A program made the position numbers and the translations under genes. The notes below the pieces were generated by a model, which was given only the letters and a program-made list of their open reading frames with translations, did not search any database and was not told the DNA's origin. DNA of 64,000 nt from Rebecca billardiae RCC1528. Lineage: Eukaryota > Protista > Haptophyta. Positions 33,756 to 44,039 of the stretch are shown piece after piece (positions within the stretch are counted from its first letter, which is position 1; each line of letters begins with the position of its first letter). The stretch is taken from positions 124,001-188,000 of the forward strand of contig OZ251227.1 in assembly GCA_965240325.2 (NCBI GenBank), in the 5' to 3' direction.

Positions 33756-34374
33756 CAGGGCTGGGAGTTCGTGATCACGTGAGCGTGATATCAGTTATCA
33801 CGGCGTGATCACGTGACACGTGATCACGTGACGCGTCACGTCGGCAATGGGTCCGTCACGTGACAGCAGTCCGGTAGTCATGGTGTGCACCCGGACAGCC
33901 CCCGGGCGCGGCCCCTGAGGCCGCGGGGCACGGTGCGCGCCTGCCGCGGCGGGGGCGGCGCCGACTGGCGCCGAGGTCCTCGAATCCGAGCCACTGAGGC
34001 AGGTTCGCGGCAGCCAGTGAGTGCGCGCGAGCTGGCCAAGTTGATGGCTCGGCAGGCGAGCCTCATGCAGGTCTTCAAAGACGGGGCTGCTGACCGCGAC
34101 TAGTCGGAGTAGTGCAGCTGTCTAATCGCGCTCTTCATTAAGTCAGTAGTCACTCGTCAGTACCGTGATACAGTGATAGTCTGTCGTCAGTTACGGATTT
34201 CGTCATTATTCACTCCCAAATAGGCCCAAAAATTTTCGTCGCCTCGGGGGGAACCCCCGGACCCCCCCCGTGGGCCGGACTCGTCACGTGATGTCACGTG
34301 ATCACGCCTGTTGGGCAGCCGACAAGCCGTGACGACACGTGATGGTCCGACTGTACGACGAATTCCCAGCCCTG
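33756..34374. mobile_element. hAT-like MITE (619 bp) with CACGTG-rich subterminal repeats
   Basis: CAGGGCTGGGAGTTCGT at 33756-33772 vs ACGAATTCCCAGCCCTG at 34358-34374 (16/17 inverted); 8 CACGTG; internal G/C-run hairpin near 34246-34269; no clean 8-bp TSD. Confidence 0.8.
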
Positions 34375-34454
34375 TCAAAGATGTGCGCCAATAATGAAGA
34401 TGTAGGCTGTCCGACTCTGCGGTTTCACAGCGGTTTGGGTGGGGGCGTCAATCT

Positions 34455-34501
34455 CGCCTGCCTGAGCTGTGTGCGTCTCTTATTCTTATTAGTAAACTGT
34501 A
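34455..34501 (-). repeat. Tc1/mariner-type TIR, right-end orientation (...AGTAAACTG|TA)
   Basis: Inverted copy of 28093-28121; shares 44 nt with 58786-58829. Confidence 0.8.
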
Positions 34502-34857
34502 CACTGCTGTGTATACAGACGGAGGCGGGGGCCGGACACTCGGGACAGGCGAATGAAGATGCGTGCTACAGCAAGAAAATCAGTCATCAGAATCCTGGCG
34601 GCGGGACGACCGACCGGCGGAGGCCGACGGAACTCGATCAGCGACAGCCGCGAGCCGGGCGAGGCACTTCAGACGTCGTTCGACACGTACACTCTACGTA
34701 GTCAGTATAGGGCCGATGATACGACAGCAAGTGGGGGCCGCTCAACTTACCGCGCTTCCCGGCTTCGGCCCCGCCGCCGCGCTGAGCAGCGAGTGATATC
34801 GCCGAACGCCGCGGGCCCCAGCACTCACTCAGCAGCGTCCGGCGAGCTTCCACGCGC

Positions 34858-36113
34858 TCAGCTGGCGGCCCCGCCCGGCTTGACGTACTTGGGGTTCTGC
34901 GGGTTGAACCTCCCCTCGACGCACCAGCTGAGCGCCTTCTTCTGCAGCCGCTTCTGCGGGCAGCGCGCAGGGAACTCAGAGCGCAGGCAGAGCGAGCGCA
35001 TGAAGCGGTTGGCGGCGTTCGAGCCGTGCGCGCGGCATCGCCCCTTCGACACGTGGTTCACGCAGAACGGCGCCGCCCCCGTGGGCGCGGGCCTCCAGAA
35101 GTGATCCTGGAACGGCGGCGGCAGTTCGCCCATCGGGTGCAGCGGCCGGCCGGCGCGCGTGCGCGAGCTGTTGTACACCTCCCACAGCGTGTGCCGGTCG
35201 AGGTGGTCGACGCGCGTGAGCTGCAGCTCGGCCCACTTGCGCATCAGCGGCGCGGAGAACGCGCGGTGCACGCCCAGCGCGCCCGCGTGGATCCCGTCCG
35301 CGCACGCGTACCCCCTGCAGCCGGGTGGCGGTCTGAACGCGGAGAGCAGCACCTGCGCGCTGCCGCCGTCGAAGCGCAGGGGCGTCTGCGTCATGCGGGC
35401 GACGCAGCCGGGCTGGCCGAAGATCTTGTCGCAGTCGTGGAAGACTGCGCGCCGCGCGAGAGGTACACGCCCCCAGTCGGGCTGAGGCGTCAGGCGCGCA
35501 CGGCGCTCGTCCACGGCGTCGTGGGCGCGCGGCGCGCGGCGAGCGGTGTGCGACGCCAAGCGCGCGCACCGAGGACGTCCGGCCCGTCGGGGATCAGGTC
35601 GAGCATGTACCCTTTGAACGCCTTGGCGCGGGAGTGCAAGCTGCCCGCGCCCACGCGCAGCCCGTGCGGCAGCTGCGCCACGCGCTCGAAGGCGTTGTGC
35701 ACGACGTGCACGTTCTGCGAGCCGGCCGCGTCGCGGATCAGCCGCTCGTCAAAGCACTGCTCGCCGCCGTCGGTGAGCAGGTAGGTCGGGCCTCGCCACC
35801 CGCCGATGCGCACGAGCGTCTCAATCGCCGCGATGCACCGGTACGAGTTGGCGCTGGCGTAGGTCCCCGCGGCGGCGAAGACGAAGCCGAGCTTGCCGCC
35901 GCCGTCGTACGTCTCGTTCGCGTCGGAGATGCACACGCGGGCGGCGGGGCGGAACAAGGGCAGCAACGGCTCCTCGGTCTCGCCCGCAGGCGGGCTCTGC
36001 GTTGCGACGAGCAGAGCGAACAGCGCGCCCAACGCGAAGCCACCTGCGGTCAGCACGCGCCGTTGCCCAGCGCTCAAGCCCTGGGGCCGTGCGTCCCCAA
36101 GGGTGTCGGCCAT
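34858..36113 (-). CDS. Type II membrane protein, probable GT-A glycosyltransferase; intron 35445-35569
   Basis: N-terminal TM; YLLTD; AKAFK; spliced DVL|VFHDCD (DxD motif); IHAG..HLDR; late His. Confidence 0.65.
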
Positions 36114-36295
36114 GGATTTCCGCCGTCCACGACTGTCAAGCAGAAGCAGCAGGGCGTCTCGCACTCTCGCACTGGTCCGCGCGGAAAAATCAAAAATGTG
36201 CGATCCAGAATCCAGATCTCGCGCGTCCGGCTACTCCTTCGGGACTCTCGTCGCGCGTCCACCGCAGCAGATGGCGGCGCGGCCGTAAGTTCAGG

Positions 36296-36535
36296 ATGCG
36301 ACCACACTCGGAGTTGCAGCGGAGCGTGCTCGCATTGTACAAGGACCTCCTGCGATTCGCGCGGACGCGGAGCGGGGAGGAGGGCGCCAATCTGCGCGCG
36401 CACGTGCGCGACGAGTTTCGGAAGCCCATCAAGCGCTCGAACGTGATGCGCATTGAGTACCTGCTGAACCGCGGTCGGCGGCAGCTCAAGCTGCTGCAGA
36501 TGAGCGGGACAGCCCGTGTACACATCAGCAGATGA
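36296..36535 (+). CDS. SDHAF1: LYR-motif protein, succinate dehydrogenase assembly factor 1-like
   Basis: [17 protein letters not shown]...VRDEFR...[12 protein letters not shown]. Confidence 0.85.
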   Translation: MRPHSELQRSVLALYKDLLRFARTRSGEEGANLRAHVRDEFRKPIKRSNVMRIEYLLNRGRRQLKLLQMSGTARVHISR

Positions 36536-37221
36536 GACGGCGTGGCGCGCGGATGAGCGCTGCCGTCATGTCTTCCGCGATTCTCCGCGGCCATGTCGGT
36601 CATGGGTTGTTGTGAGGCTCCTCGACTACTTTCGCATTCAGGGCCGGCGCTCAGACTCGCCTGCTGGCCTGCGCCGCCCGCGGTGTGTGGAACCGCACAG
36701 CCGAGAATGCGGCAGAAGAGGCTGCGGCCCGGTCTCAGAGCCTTGCGACACGTCGATTGCGTGGCGGTCTGCGATATACTGCTGACCTCGGAGTTATCGC
36801 CTATCGGAGTATGACCGGGGTCTCAGCCGCAGGGCCGGCTCGCCGATCTCGGCGCCGACCGGCATCGGCATCTGCATAGTCGTCGAGTGATAGTCGTAAC
36901 GCGGGCCGCCGTGGCCGAGCCCGCCGACGATGATATCCGCCGCGTGACTCCGACGATCACTCGGCGGATCAGCCATCCGCGGATTCCGCGGCCTCCGCCG
37001 GGCGCGGTGTAGAGACAATAGCTGTGAGTGTGACATTGCAGCACCATGAGTTATTGTTACAGCCTGCAGAAGCCTGTCTTAGCACTCTCAGTCACTGAGA
37101 CTGATCGACATCAGCCACATCAGGATCAGGAGCAACGGACACGGTAATAGCTAGCTGTTGAAACCAATGAGGCTGCTGAGTTACCATCAGCACGACGGCA
37201 CCGGGCAGTCGCCGCGTGACC

Positions 37222-39381
37222 CTACGGCCGCCCGAGCGCGAGCGCGAGCGCGGCCGCGACGCCGGCCGATGACGCGAACTCCGCCTCCGACGCCGCGCCG
37301 CCGAGCGTCGCCCGCTCGCTCGCGGTGCGCTCCGCAAAGCGCACGCCGCAGTGCTGCTCGTACTGCGCGAGCGAGCGGTGCGCGCCCAGCGCGAGCGCGG
37401 GCGCGGCGCCGCCCGGCGCTCGGGCAGGCTGCGGCTCGGCGGCGGGCGCGGCGCCGTCGGCGCGGCCGTCGTCGCCGAGCAGCGCGCGCGCCGCCGCGAG
37501 GCTCTCCGCCTTCGCCCCCTGCACCTCGTGCGCGTTCTCCCAGAAGGTCCTCCGGTACGAGCGGTCCCACAGGTGGTACACCACGTTGCGCGGGGGGCAG
37601 TAGAAGTCGAAGCCCGCCGTCCACAGCCGCGCGCCCATGCACGCCTCCTCGCCGAAGAAGAGGCCGGGGAGCGGCTGCGCGGCGTACGGCGCCGCGGCGA
37701 TCACGTCGGACGTCGAGAAGGCAAAGCCCGCCGCCCAGAACAGCGAGGGCAGCGGCGCGGGCGGGCACTCTCGAAGCGTGCGCGCGCGCAGCCGCAGCAT
37801 GCCGTCGGCGCCGAACGCGCGCGCGCCCACACCGCGCGCGCACATGAGCGGCGGGCGCGGGTCGGGGCTGAGCGTGTCCGGCCGCTCGTACCACGCGGGG
37901 TAGGTGGTGATGATCGGCGCTCGCGCGCTCGAGCGCCCCGCCGCGCGCTCCGCGGCGAGGTGCGCCTCCGCCTGGCCGAGCATGCCCAGCAGCGCCTCGT
38001 CCCAGCGGGGCGCGAACCGGCAGTGCGAGTCGATCTGCAGCTGGTGGCTCTCGCCGCGCCAGAGGGCCTGCGCGTGCGCGCGCGCGAGGCCCGGCCCGCG
38101 CGCCTCGCGCCAGTGCATCCAGTGCGCGCGCACGCGCGCCGCCCACGCCGCGGGCAGCGGCCGCTCGAAGCAGGCCGCGTCCTCGCCGCGCTCCGTGTCC
38201 AGCTGCCACACCACGCCCACGCTCAGCCGCTCGGGCGCGGCCGCGTGCGCAAAGAGCGAGTGCAGCGTGTGCTGCGTCTCGGGGTCGCGGTACGACGGGA
38301 TGGAGACGAAGATGGTCGGCCCGTCGGCCGCATGCGGCGGCGCGCACGCGCCACCGCCGACGCCGACGCCGACGCCCGCCGAGGCCGCCGAGGCCGCCGC
38401 CGCCGCCGCCGCGGGCGGCGGCGGCGCCGCCGCCGCGGGCGGTCGCGCCGAGCACGTCGCAGCCGCATCGCGCCGCACGGCGGCGCGCGGCGCGGCGGCG
38501 GGCGCGTGCGACTCGACGGGCGCAGGCGGCGAGCTCGGCGCGGCCGTGCGCGCGCGCCGCAGCCAGACGGTGAGCGCCAGCCGCTCCGCCGGGCCCGTGG
38601 GCCGCACCCGGTGCTGCGTGTCGCTGGGGAAGAGCACCAGGCTGTTGAGCGCTGGGCGCACGCGCACGCAGCGCGCGGGGCACGCCTCGGGCTCAGACGC
38701 CGGCCCGGCGTGCTCGGGCGGGGCGGGCGCGGCGGGCTCCCCGGCCCAACCCCCTTCCGCCCGCGCCCCGGCACGCCCCACGCCGAGCAGCTCGAGCTCA
38801 CCGCCGTCGCCCTCCGCCCACGCGCCGTTCAGGTACAGGATGGCGGTCAGCGCGCGCTCGGGGGTCAGGGGGCCCGTGTCGCGGTGCGCGCGGTAGCCGG
38901 CCGAGTGCGCGGGGTAGTGGGCGAGCATGGCGGAGCGCGGCACCTCGAGCGCCGCGCCGAGCGCCGCGCCGAGCTCCGCCGCGAGCGTGGTCAGCAGCGC
39001 GGCCAGCGGGCGCAGCTCCGCGTGCGCGTCAAAGGGCAGCCATGCGATCGAGTCGGCGCGGGAGGACGGGTCGTGCCGCGCGGCGTACGACTGGCCCACG
39101 CGTGCCGGTCGCAGCGCGCCGGCGTTCAGCTGCGCATGCGCGAGCGCGACGAGCGCGCGCGCCTCTTCCGTGCGCAGCGCGGGTTGCAGCAGCGCATAGC
39201 CAGAGTCGATCACGGCGCGTCCCGTCGGCGATGCGCCGTCGCTGGCCGGGGCGCGGGCGGGCAGGGGATGCGGAGGCGCAGGCGGGGCTCCGACGCCATC
39301 GCTAGCGACGAGAGACAAGATCTTCAGCTGCAGCGACTCGGGCAGCGAGGCCACGTTCACGCCCGCGCCGCCCGTGGCCAT
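37222..39381 (-). CDS. PHD/EGLN-type prolyl 4-hydroxylase fused to GT60 (Gnt1-type) hydroxyproline GlcNAc transferase
   Basis: PHD: RADSIAWL, AMLAHYP..GYRAHRD, LTAILYLN..W, GGEL, LVLFPSD..HRV, RLALTVW. GT60: TIFVSIPSYRDPE, ARGPGLAR, LQIDSHCRF..WD, FWAAGFAF, LFFGEE, RLWTAGFDFY; single ORF from ATG 39381. Confidence 0.92.
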   Translation of the reverse strand: MATGGAGVNVASLPESLQLKILSLVASDGVGAPPAPPHPLPARAPASDGASPTGRAVIDSGYALLQPALRTEEARALVALAHAQLNAGALRPARVGQSYAARHDPSSRADSIAWLPFDAHAELRPLAALLTTLAAELGAALGAALEVPRSAMLAHYPAHSAGYRAHRDTGPLTPERALTAILYLNGAWAEGDGGELELLGVGRAGARAEGGWAGEPAAPAPPEHAGPASEPEACPARCVRVRPALNSLVLFPSDTQHRVRPTGPAERLALTVWLRRARTAAPSSPPAPVESHAPAAAPRAAVRRDAAATCSARPPAAAAPPPPAAAAAAASAASAGVGVGVGGGACAPPHAADGPTIFVSIPSYRDPETQHTLHSLFAHAAAPERLSVGVVWQLDTERGEDAACFERPLPAAWAARVRAHWMHWREARGPGLARAHAQALWRGESHQLQIDSHCRFAPRWDEALLGMLGQAEAHLAAERAAGRSSARAPIITTYPAWYERPDTLSPDPRPPLMCARGVGARAFGADGMLRLRARTLRECPPAPLPSLFWAAGFAFSTSDVIAAAPYAAQPLPGLFFGEEACMGARLWTAGFDFYCPPRNVVYHLWDRSYRRTFWENAHEVQGAKAESLAAARALLGDDGRADGAAPAAEPQPARAPGGAAPALALGAHRSLAQYEQHCGVRFAERTASERATLGGAASEAEFASSAGVAAALALALGRP

Positions 39382-39887
39382 CGCTGGGGGGGGCGCTTTG
39401 CCGCGCTTTCGCCTTTCAGCAGCAGACAAAATGGCGGTTGGGCGATTTCAGAGTGGGGAAAACATGTTTTGTGGGGAAAAGCACGCTGTTATTGGCCTTT
39501 TCGCAGATTATTCCCGGCCATATGTATCCATGATTTTACAGTGTCACTACTCACTGTCAGTAGTTGCGCGCCGGAGGACTCTAATGACTAATAGGCTTGC
39601 AGTGAGTGTGACACTTAGAGGCATAGTCTGGATGGTGGCATCACATGTGCAGCAATAAGTTAGAGGCCGCCGCAAGTGGCGTAGAGGCCAGCCCATGGTC
39701 GACAGCCACCTCCCCGCGCAGGCATGTCGTCGCATGGCGGTGGCGGACGGCCGCACACTCACGAGTGGCTCGCACCGGCCTCGCGCCGGCGGCGGGCGCG
39801 GCGCGATGACGACGCAGCTGTCCGGTCGGTCAGCGCCGTGCTGCTCGGAATCTGAGCCCGCGAGCAGCCCCGTGGGCGCGGCGCGCG

Positions 39888-41120
39888 TCACTCGGCGTCG
39901 ATCCACTTGCCGTTGTCGGGATCCCAAGTCTTGCCCTTGGGCGGGCGGCCGCGCGGCTGCAGGAATTTGCCGTCCGCCTTCTGCACGGGCGGCTTGGGCG
40001 AGGCGTCTTTGTCTTTGGGCTCCTTCGCCTTTGCGCGCTTCCCCTTCGCCGCCTCCGCCGGCGCCGCCTCCTCCGCGTCGGCCGTCGCCGCCACCACCGC
40101 CGTGCTCTCCTTCTCCTTCTTGCCCGCGCCCTTCTCCTTCTTCTTCGACTCCCCCTTTGGCTTGGGCTCCTTGGGCTCCTTGGGCTCCTTGGGCTCCTTG
40201 GGCTTGGGCACGTACTCGGGGTCGGGCGTCCACGCGCCGAGCTCCGCGTCCCACAGCTTGCCGAGCGGCGGCCGGCCTCGCGGCTTGGCGAGCTGCCCGT
40301 CCGCCGTCCGCTTCGGCGCCTTGGGGGCGGCCGCCGCCGCCGCCGCCGCCGCCGACTCCCCGTCTGCCTCGACGGCGACAATCGTGCCCGCCGTCGCCGC
40401 CGCCGCCGCCGGCGCTTTCCTCTCGCGCGGCGCCTTGGGCTTTGGCGTGGGCTCGACGTAGTTGGGGTCGTCGTACCACTGGCCCGAGGTCTGGTCCCAC
40501 AGCTTGCCCTTCGGCGGCCGCCCCCGCGGCTTGGACTTAGGCGCGTCGCTCTCCGGCGCGCCGTCGGCCGCGGGCGCCGCGCTCTGCTTGGCCGCTTTCT
40601 TCTTGCTCGGCTTGCTGTGGACGGCGACCGCGGCGACGATGGGCACGCCGGAGCCGCCACCGCGCGGCGCCTTGGGGGGCTTGGGCGTGGGCACATACGT
40701 CGGGTCGTCCACCCACACGCCCTGGTCCGAGTCCCACAGCTTGCCCTTTGGTGGGCGGCCGCGCGGTTGTGGCGACTTGCCCTCGGCGAGCGCGGCCTTG
40801 GCCGCCTTCTTGCTCGGCTTCTCGCCGTCGGCGCCGCTGTCGGCGCCGCGCTTTTTGGGACGCAGCGCCTTTGCGATCTCCACGTCGTCCGGCAGCCGCT
40901 TGATCAGCGCGAGTTTCAGCACCACCTGCGCGTTGCCGCCGTCCGGCTTCACGCCGACCATGCCGCACGCGGCGGACAGCTCCTTCTTGGACTGCGACTG
41001 CCAGTAGCTGATGCGCGCGAGCTCGTCCGTCGTCTTTGCTCGGCTCGCGTCCTTCTCGGTCAGGCCGACCGCCAGGAAGTCCGCAATCGAGATGCCCGGC
41101 ACGCCGGTGTCCGTCGACAT
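39888..41120 (-). CDS. Lys-rich chromatin protein: SAP-like domain + four extended AT-hooks
   Basis: KELSAACGMVGVKPDGGNAQVVLKL fits SAP spacing; 4x PRGRPP(K/L)GK(L/T)WDxxxGxW. Confidence 0.8.
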   Translation of the reverse strand: MSTDTGVPGISIADFLAVGLTEKDASRAKTTDELARISYWQSQSKKELSAACGMVGVKPDGGNAQVVLKLALIKRLPDDVEIAKALRPKKRGADSGADGEKPSKKAAKAALAEGKSPQPRGRPPKGKLWDSDQGVWVDDPTYVPTPKPPKAPRGGGSGVPIVAAVAVHSKPSKKKAAKQSAAPAADGAPESDAPKSKPRGRPPKGKLWDQTSGQWYDDPNYVEPTPKPKAPRERKAPAAAAATAGTIVAVEADGESAAAAAAAAAPKAPKRTADGQLAKPRGRPPLGKLWDAELGAWTPDPEYVPKPKEPKEPKEPKEPKPKGESKKKEKGAGKKEKESTAVVAATADAEEAAPAEAAKGKRAKAKEPKDKDASPKPPVQKADGKFLQPRGRPPKGKTWDPDNGKWIDAE

Positions 41121-42096
41121 GACGCCGCCGTCGACCGACGTTCGAAGGCAGCAGGCCTGCCCTGCTGGCAGCAAAATTGCTGCTGCCCGACGAGGAAAAG
41201 AGGGGTGTCGCGTGGCGATGCCTTTTCGCGGCGGGGCGCCGGCCCCTTTGATTTTGAAACATCAAAACCGGTCCGGTTGACCCGTTCGAGGGCGGTACGG
41301 CGCGGTCTCGAACCCAGATCATATGATCTCGCGCGCGCTGATAAGGCGATTGGGGTACTCCGTATGAAAAAGGGGCCAAGTTTCGGCGACGTGGAAAATG
41401 AACGGTCTCGTCAAGGCGCAATTTCCGTGTCCGGGAGACGTGGCATCCGGAAAACAAATACGGAAAAAGGAGGCGAGCCATTCCGTCGCGAATTTTCTCA
41501 AACAATCAAAAGCGTTATTCGAGCTGCTGCACCAACGGCTGCTTGAGCCAATCCGGCGCGCCTGGCGCAGCGCAGGGCGTCTGAAATGAGTCCGGGACCC
41601 TCGGCCCGCGCGCCAGCCGCCTGCCCGCCCACGATGGCCGTCCGACTCTCCGCACCTCATGGCATCAGGTGGGCAGGCAGATAGCAGGCAGGACGGCAGG
41701 CATGGTCCCGATGCCGTTGGTCTTGCCCGGGCGGCGAGAGAGAGCGCAGATGCCTCGGCCGACCAGGCTCGTAGCCATTGCAGCTCGGTGTGAATGGAGT
41801 GAGAGCTCAGTAAGCCGTCAGCGGCGTCGACGACACGGCTCGTCGGGCCGGGTTCGTCGGCCGCGACAGCCACAGTGCCGGGCCCCACACCTGTGGCGGT
41901 GGCGCCGTGGTGGAGTCCCGCGCCACGACCGGCAGTTGCCCGAGGCACGGCCGCGGCGCCAGGGCCCGAGCGCCGCGGCCGTGCTCGCCGCCGCCGTCAG
42001 CACACCACTCGCCCGGTGGGCAGCACGCCGAGAGCGCCACGGGGCGTCAGCCGCGCGCGCACACCGGCGTCCGAGGCGTCGCGCACCGCGGCGCGA

Positions 42097-43620
42097 TCAT
42101 TCGGCCGCCTTGACCGCGACGACGGGCAGCGGCCCCGCCGGCTCGTCGATCGAGTTCCTGCCCGGCCCGTGCAGCACGAGCAGCCCGAGCGCGCCGCACG
42201 CCGAGAGCGTGTGGAAGTGGAAGAACTGCGCCTCGTCCACCAGGTCTGCGTGCGTGCTCACCTCGAGCGCCCAGAACGGGTGGCGCACGACGTTGACGAC
42301 GAGGAGCGCGAGCACGAGCGCCGCCGCCGACCAGCGGCTCTTGAAGCCGCAGATCACCAGCGCGCACAGCAGCGACGCGCCCACCGCCGCGCCCACCTCG
42401 AGCGCCGTCTGCGCGACAAAGTCGGCGGCCGTGTGCCCGTGCAGCAGGTGGTCGCACAGCGGCGCGTACGCGGCGTGCAGCAGCGCGCCGGTGGCGAGCA
42501 CGCGGCCGCAGAGCTGCGCGCGCGGCAGCGGCCGGCCGCGGTCCGCGCGCGAGTGCTCCGCGAGCACGAGCAGCAGCCCGCCCGCCACCGACGCGGAGGT
42601 GGCGAGCAGCCGCGCGTTGGCGAGCTGGCCATACAGCGCGGGGTGCAGCGCCGTCCACGCGAGGAGGGCGAGGCACGCGGCGCGCTCGGAGCGGCGGAGG
42701 AGGAGGCCGCCCACCGCGGCGAGCTGCACGGCGGTGGACGCGGCGAGCACCCCCGAGCCCAGCGCCGCACCCGCCGCGCCGCGCCCGAACGCCAGCTGCA
42801 TGAAGCGCATCTGCCGCCTCCAGCGCAGCAGCACGCGCGCGCTGTCCTCCGCAAACGTGCACACGAGCAGCGCGCGCCCGACGATGTCGAGGCGGCGGTG
42901 CAGCCGCTTGGTGTTCACGCGGCGGGTGATGCGCTCGAGCAGCGCGTCGCGCGAGCGCGCGAGCGCGCCGCGGTGCGCGTGCGCGCCGCGCGCCACCGCG
43001 ACGCACAGCAGCGGCCCGGACGCCCACAGCCCCCAGTGCGCCAGACTCGAAAGCAGGCCGGGCGGCGGCGGCGGCGGCTCGGCGAGCGTCGCATTGAAGC
43101 GGCCATGGCGCTCGACGAGCGCGTGCAGCAGCGAGCCCGTCGCGTTGGAGACCAGCGCGACCGGCCGCGTCGACACCAGCCCCGCGCTCTTCGCCTCCAT
43201 CGTGACGAGCTCCGTGCGGTCGTTGACGACGATCACCGCGGCCGCGCCCGCGCTCACCAGCGTCGCCGCCTTCTCGTAGAAGCCGCACTTGCCGCGGTGC
43301 GCGACGACGATCGCGCCGACGCTGCGCCCCCTGAACTCGGGCAGCGCGTGGCACCCATGTTCTGTCTGCGCGAACGCGAGCGGACGCTCAAGGCCGCCGT
43401 CCGGCACGTCGCCCGAGAAGGCGGCGAGCGCGGCGCTCACCTGCACGTGCACCGGGCCCGGCAGGTGTAGCGAGAGCGTCGCGAGCTCGAGGCCGGCGTC
43501 CGAGACGGCGTCTGGCGCCTCGGCCCGCCCCTCCCGGCCCGGCGGCCCGTCGCCGCGCGACAGCGCCGCCAGCTGCAGCAGCAGGCCGAGCGCGCGCAGA
43601 GCGTTGAGCGACGCCGCCAT
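42097..43620 (-). CDS. Signal peptide + PA domain fused to SURF4/Erv29 domain
   Basis: PA: HGC...IVVAHRGKCGFYEKA...AGAAAVIVVND. SURF4: GRALLVCTFAEDSAR..W..Q, SVAGGLLLVLAE, QLCGRVL, GFKSRWSA..NV..FW, FHTLS..G..GPGRNSIDE. Confidence 0.85.
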   Translation of the reverse strand: MAASLNALRALGLLLQLAALSRGDGPPGREGRAEAPDAVSDAGLELATLSLHLPGPVHVQVSAALAAFSGDVPDGGLERPLAFAQTEHGCHALPEFRGRSVGAIVVAHRGKCGFYEKAATLVSAGAAAVIVVNDRTELVTMEAKSAGLVSTRPVALVSNATGSLLHALVERHGRFNATLAEPPPPPPGLLSSLAHWGLWASGPLLCVAVARGAHAHRGALARSRDALLERITRRVNTKRLHRRLDIVGRALLVCTFAEDSARVLLRWRRQMRFMQLAFGRGAAGAALGSGVLAASTAVQLAAVGGLLLRRSERAACLALLAWTALHPALYGQLANARLLATSASVAGGLLLVLAEHSRADRGRPLPRAQLCGRVLATGALLHAAYAPLCDHLLHGHTAADFVAQTALEVGAAVGASLLCALVICGFKSRWSAAALVLALLVVNVVRHPFWALEVSTHADLVDEAQFFHFHTLSACGALGLLVLHGPGRNSIDEPAGPLPVVAVKAAE

Positions 43621-44039
43621 GGTGCGGGACCGGTTCCGCGAAAGGCCGAAAGCCGCACTTTCAACCGCTCGCCAAGGGCAAGACAGTCAGTCGCCAGCCC
43701 AGCCATGGACAGCTATGATACCTACGCAGGCGGCTGCACTAAATAATCTCGGCGCTGCGTGACGGTAGTTACTGGACCGAATACTAGTTAGGCTGGCTGC
43801 AGCTGCAAGTGGCAGCTGGTAACCTAAACCGCCGTAAAGCCTAGCTAGTTTGAGTTAGTGGCCCTGCAGGCTGCACTGTGCAGGCGTCTGGCGAGTGGGC
43901 GGCGTGAATGCCCGCGCTGCCATGCTGCATGCACCCGCCACCCGCCACCCGGCAGCGCCGCGCCTCGGTGGCCGCAGCACCAACCGCACTCGGCAGCTGA
44001 TGCCTCTTCCGGGCCGTGGTGGCACATCTTCACAGTTCA

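Noticed and set aside
36271-36295. 10-nt micro-intron (GTAAGTTCAG) joining an upstream ATG in frame to SDHAF1
   Set aside because: Shorter than known spliceosomal introns; more likely a uORF (MAARP) or chance
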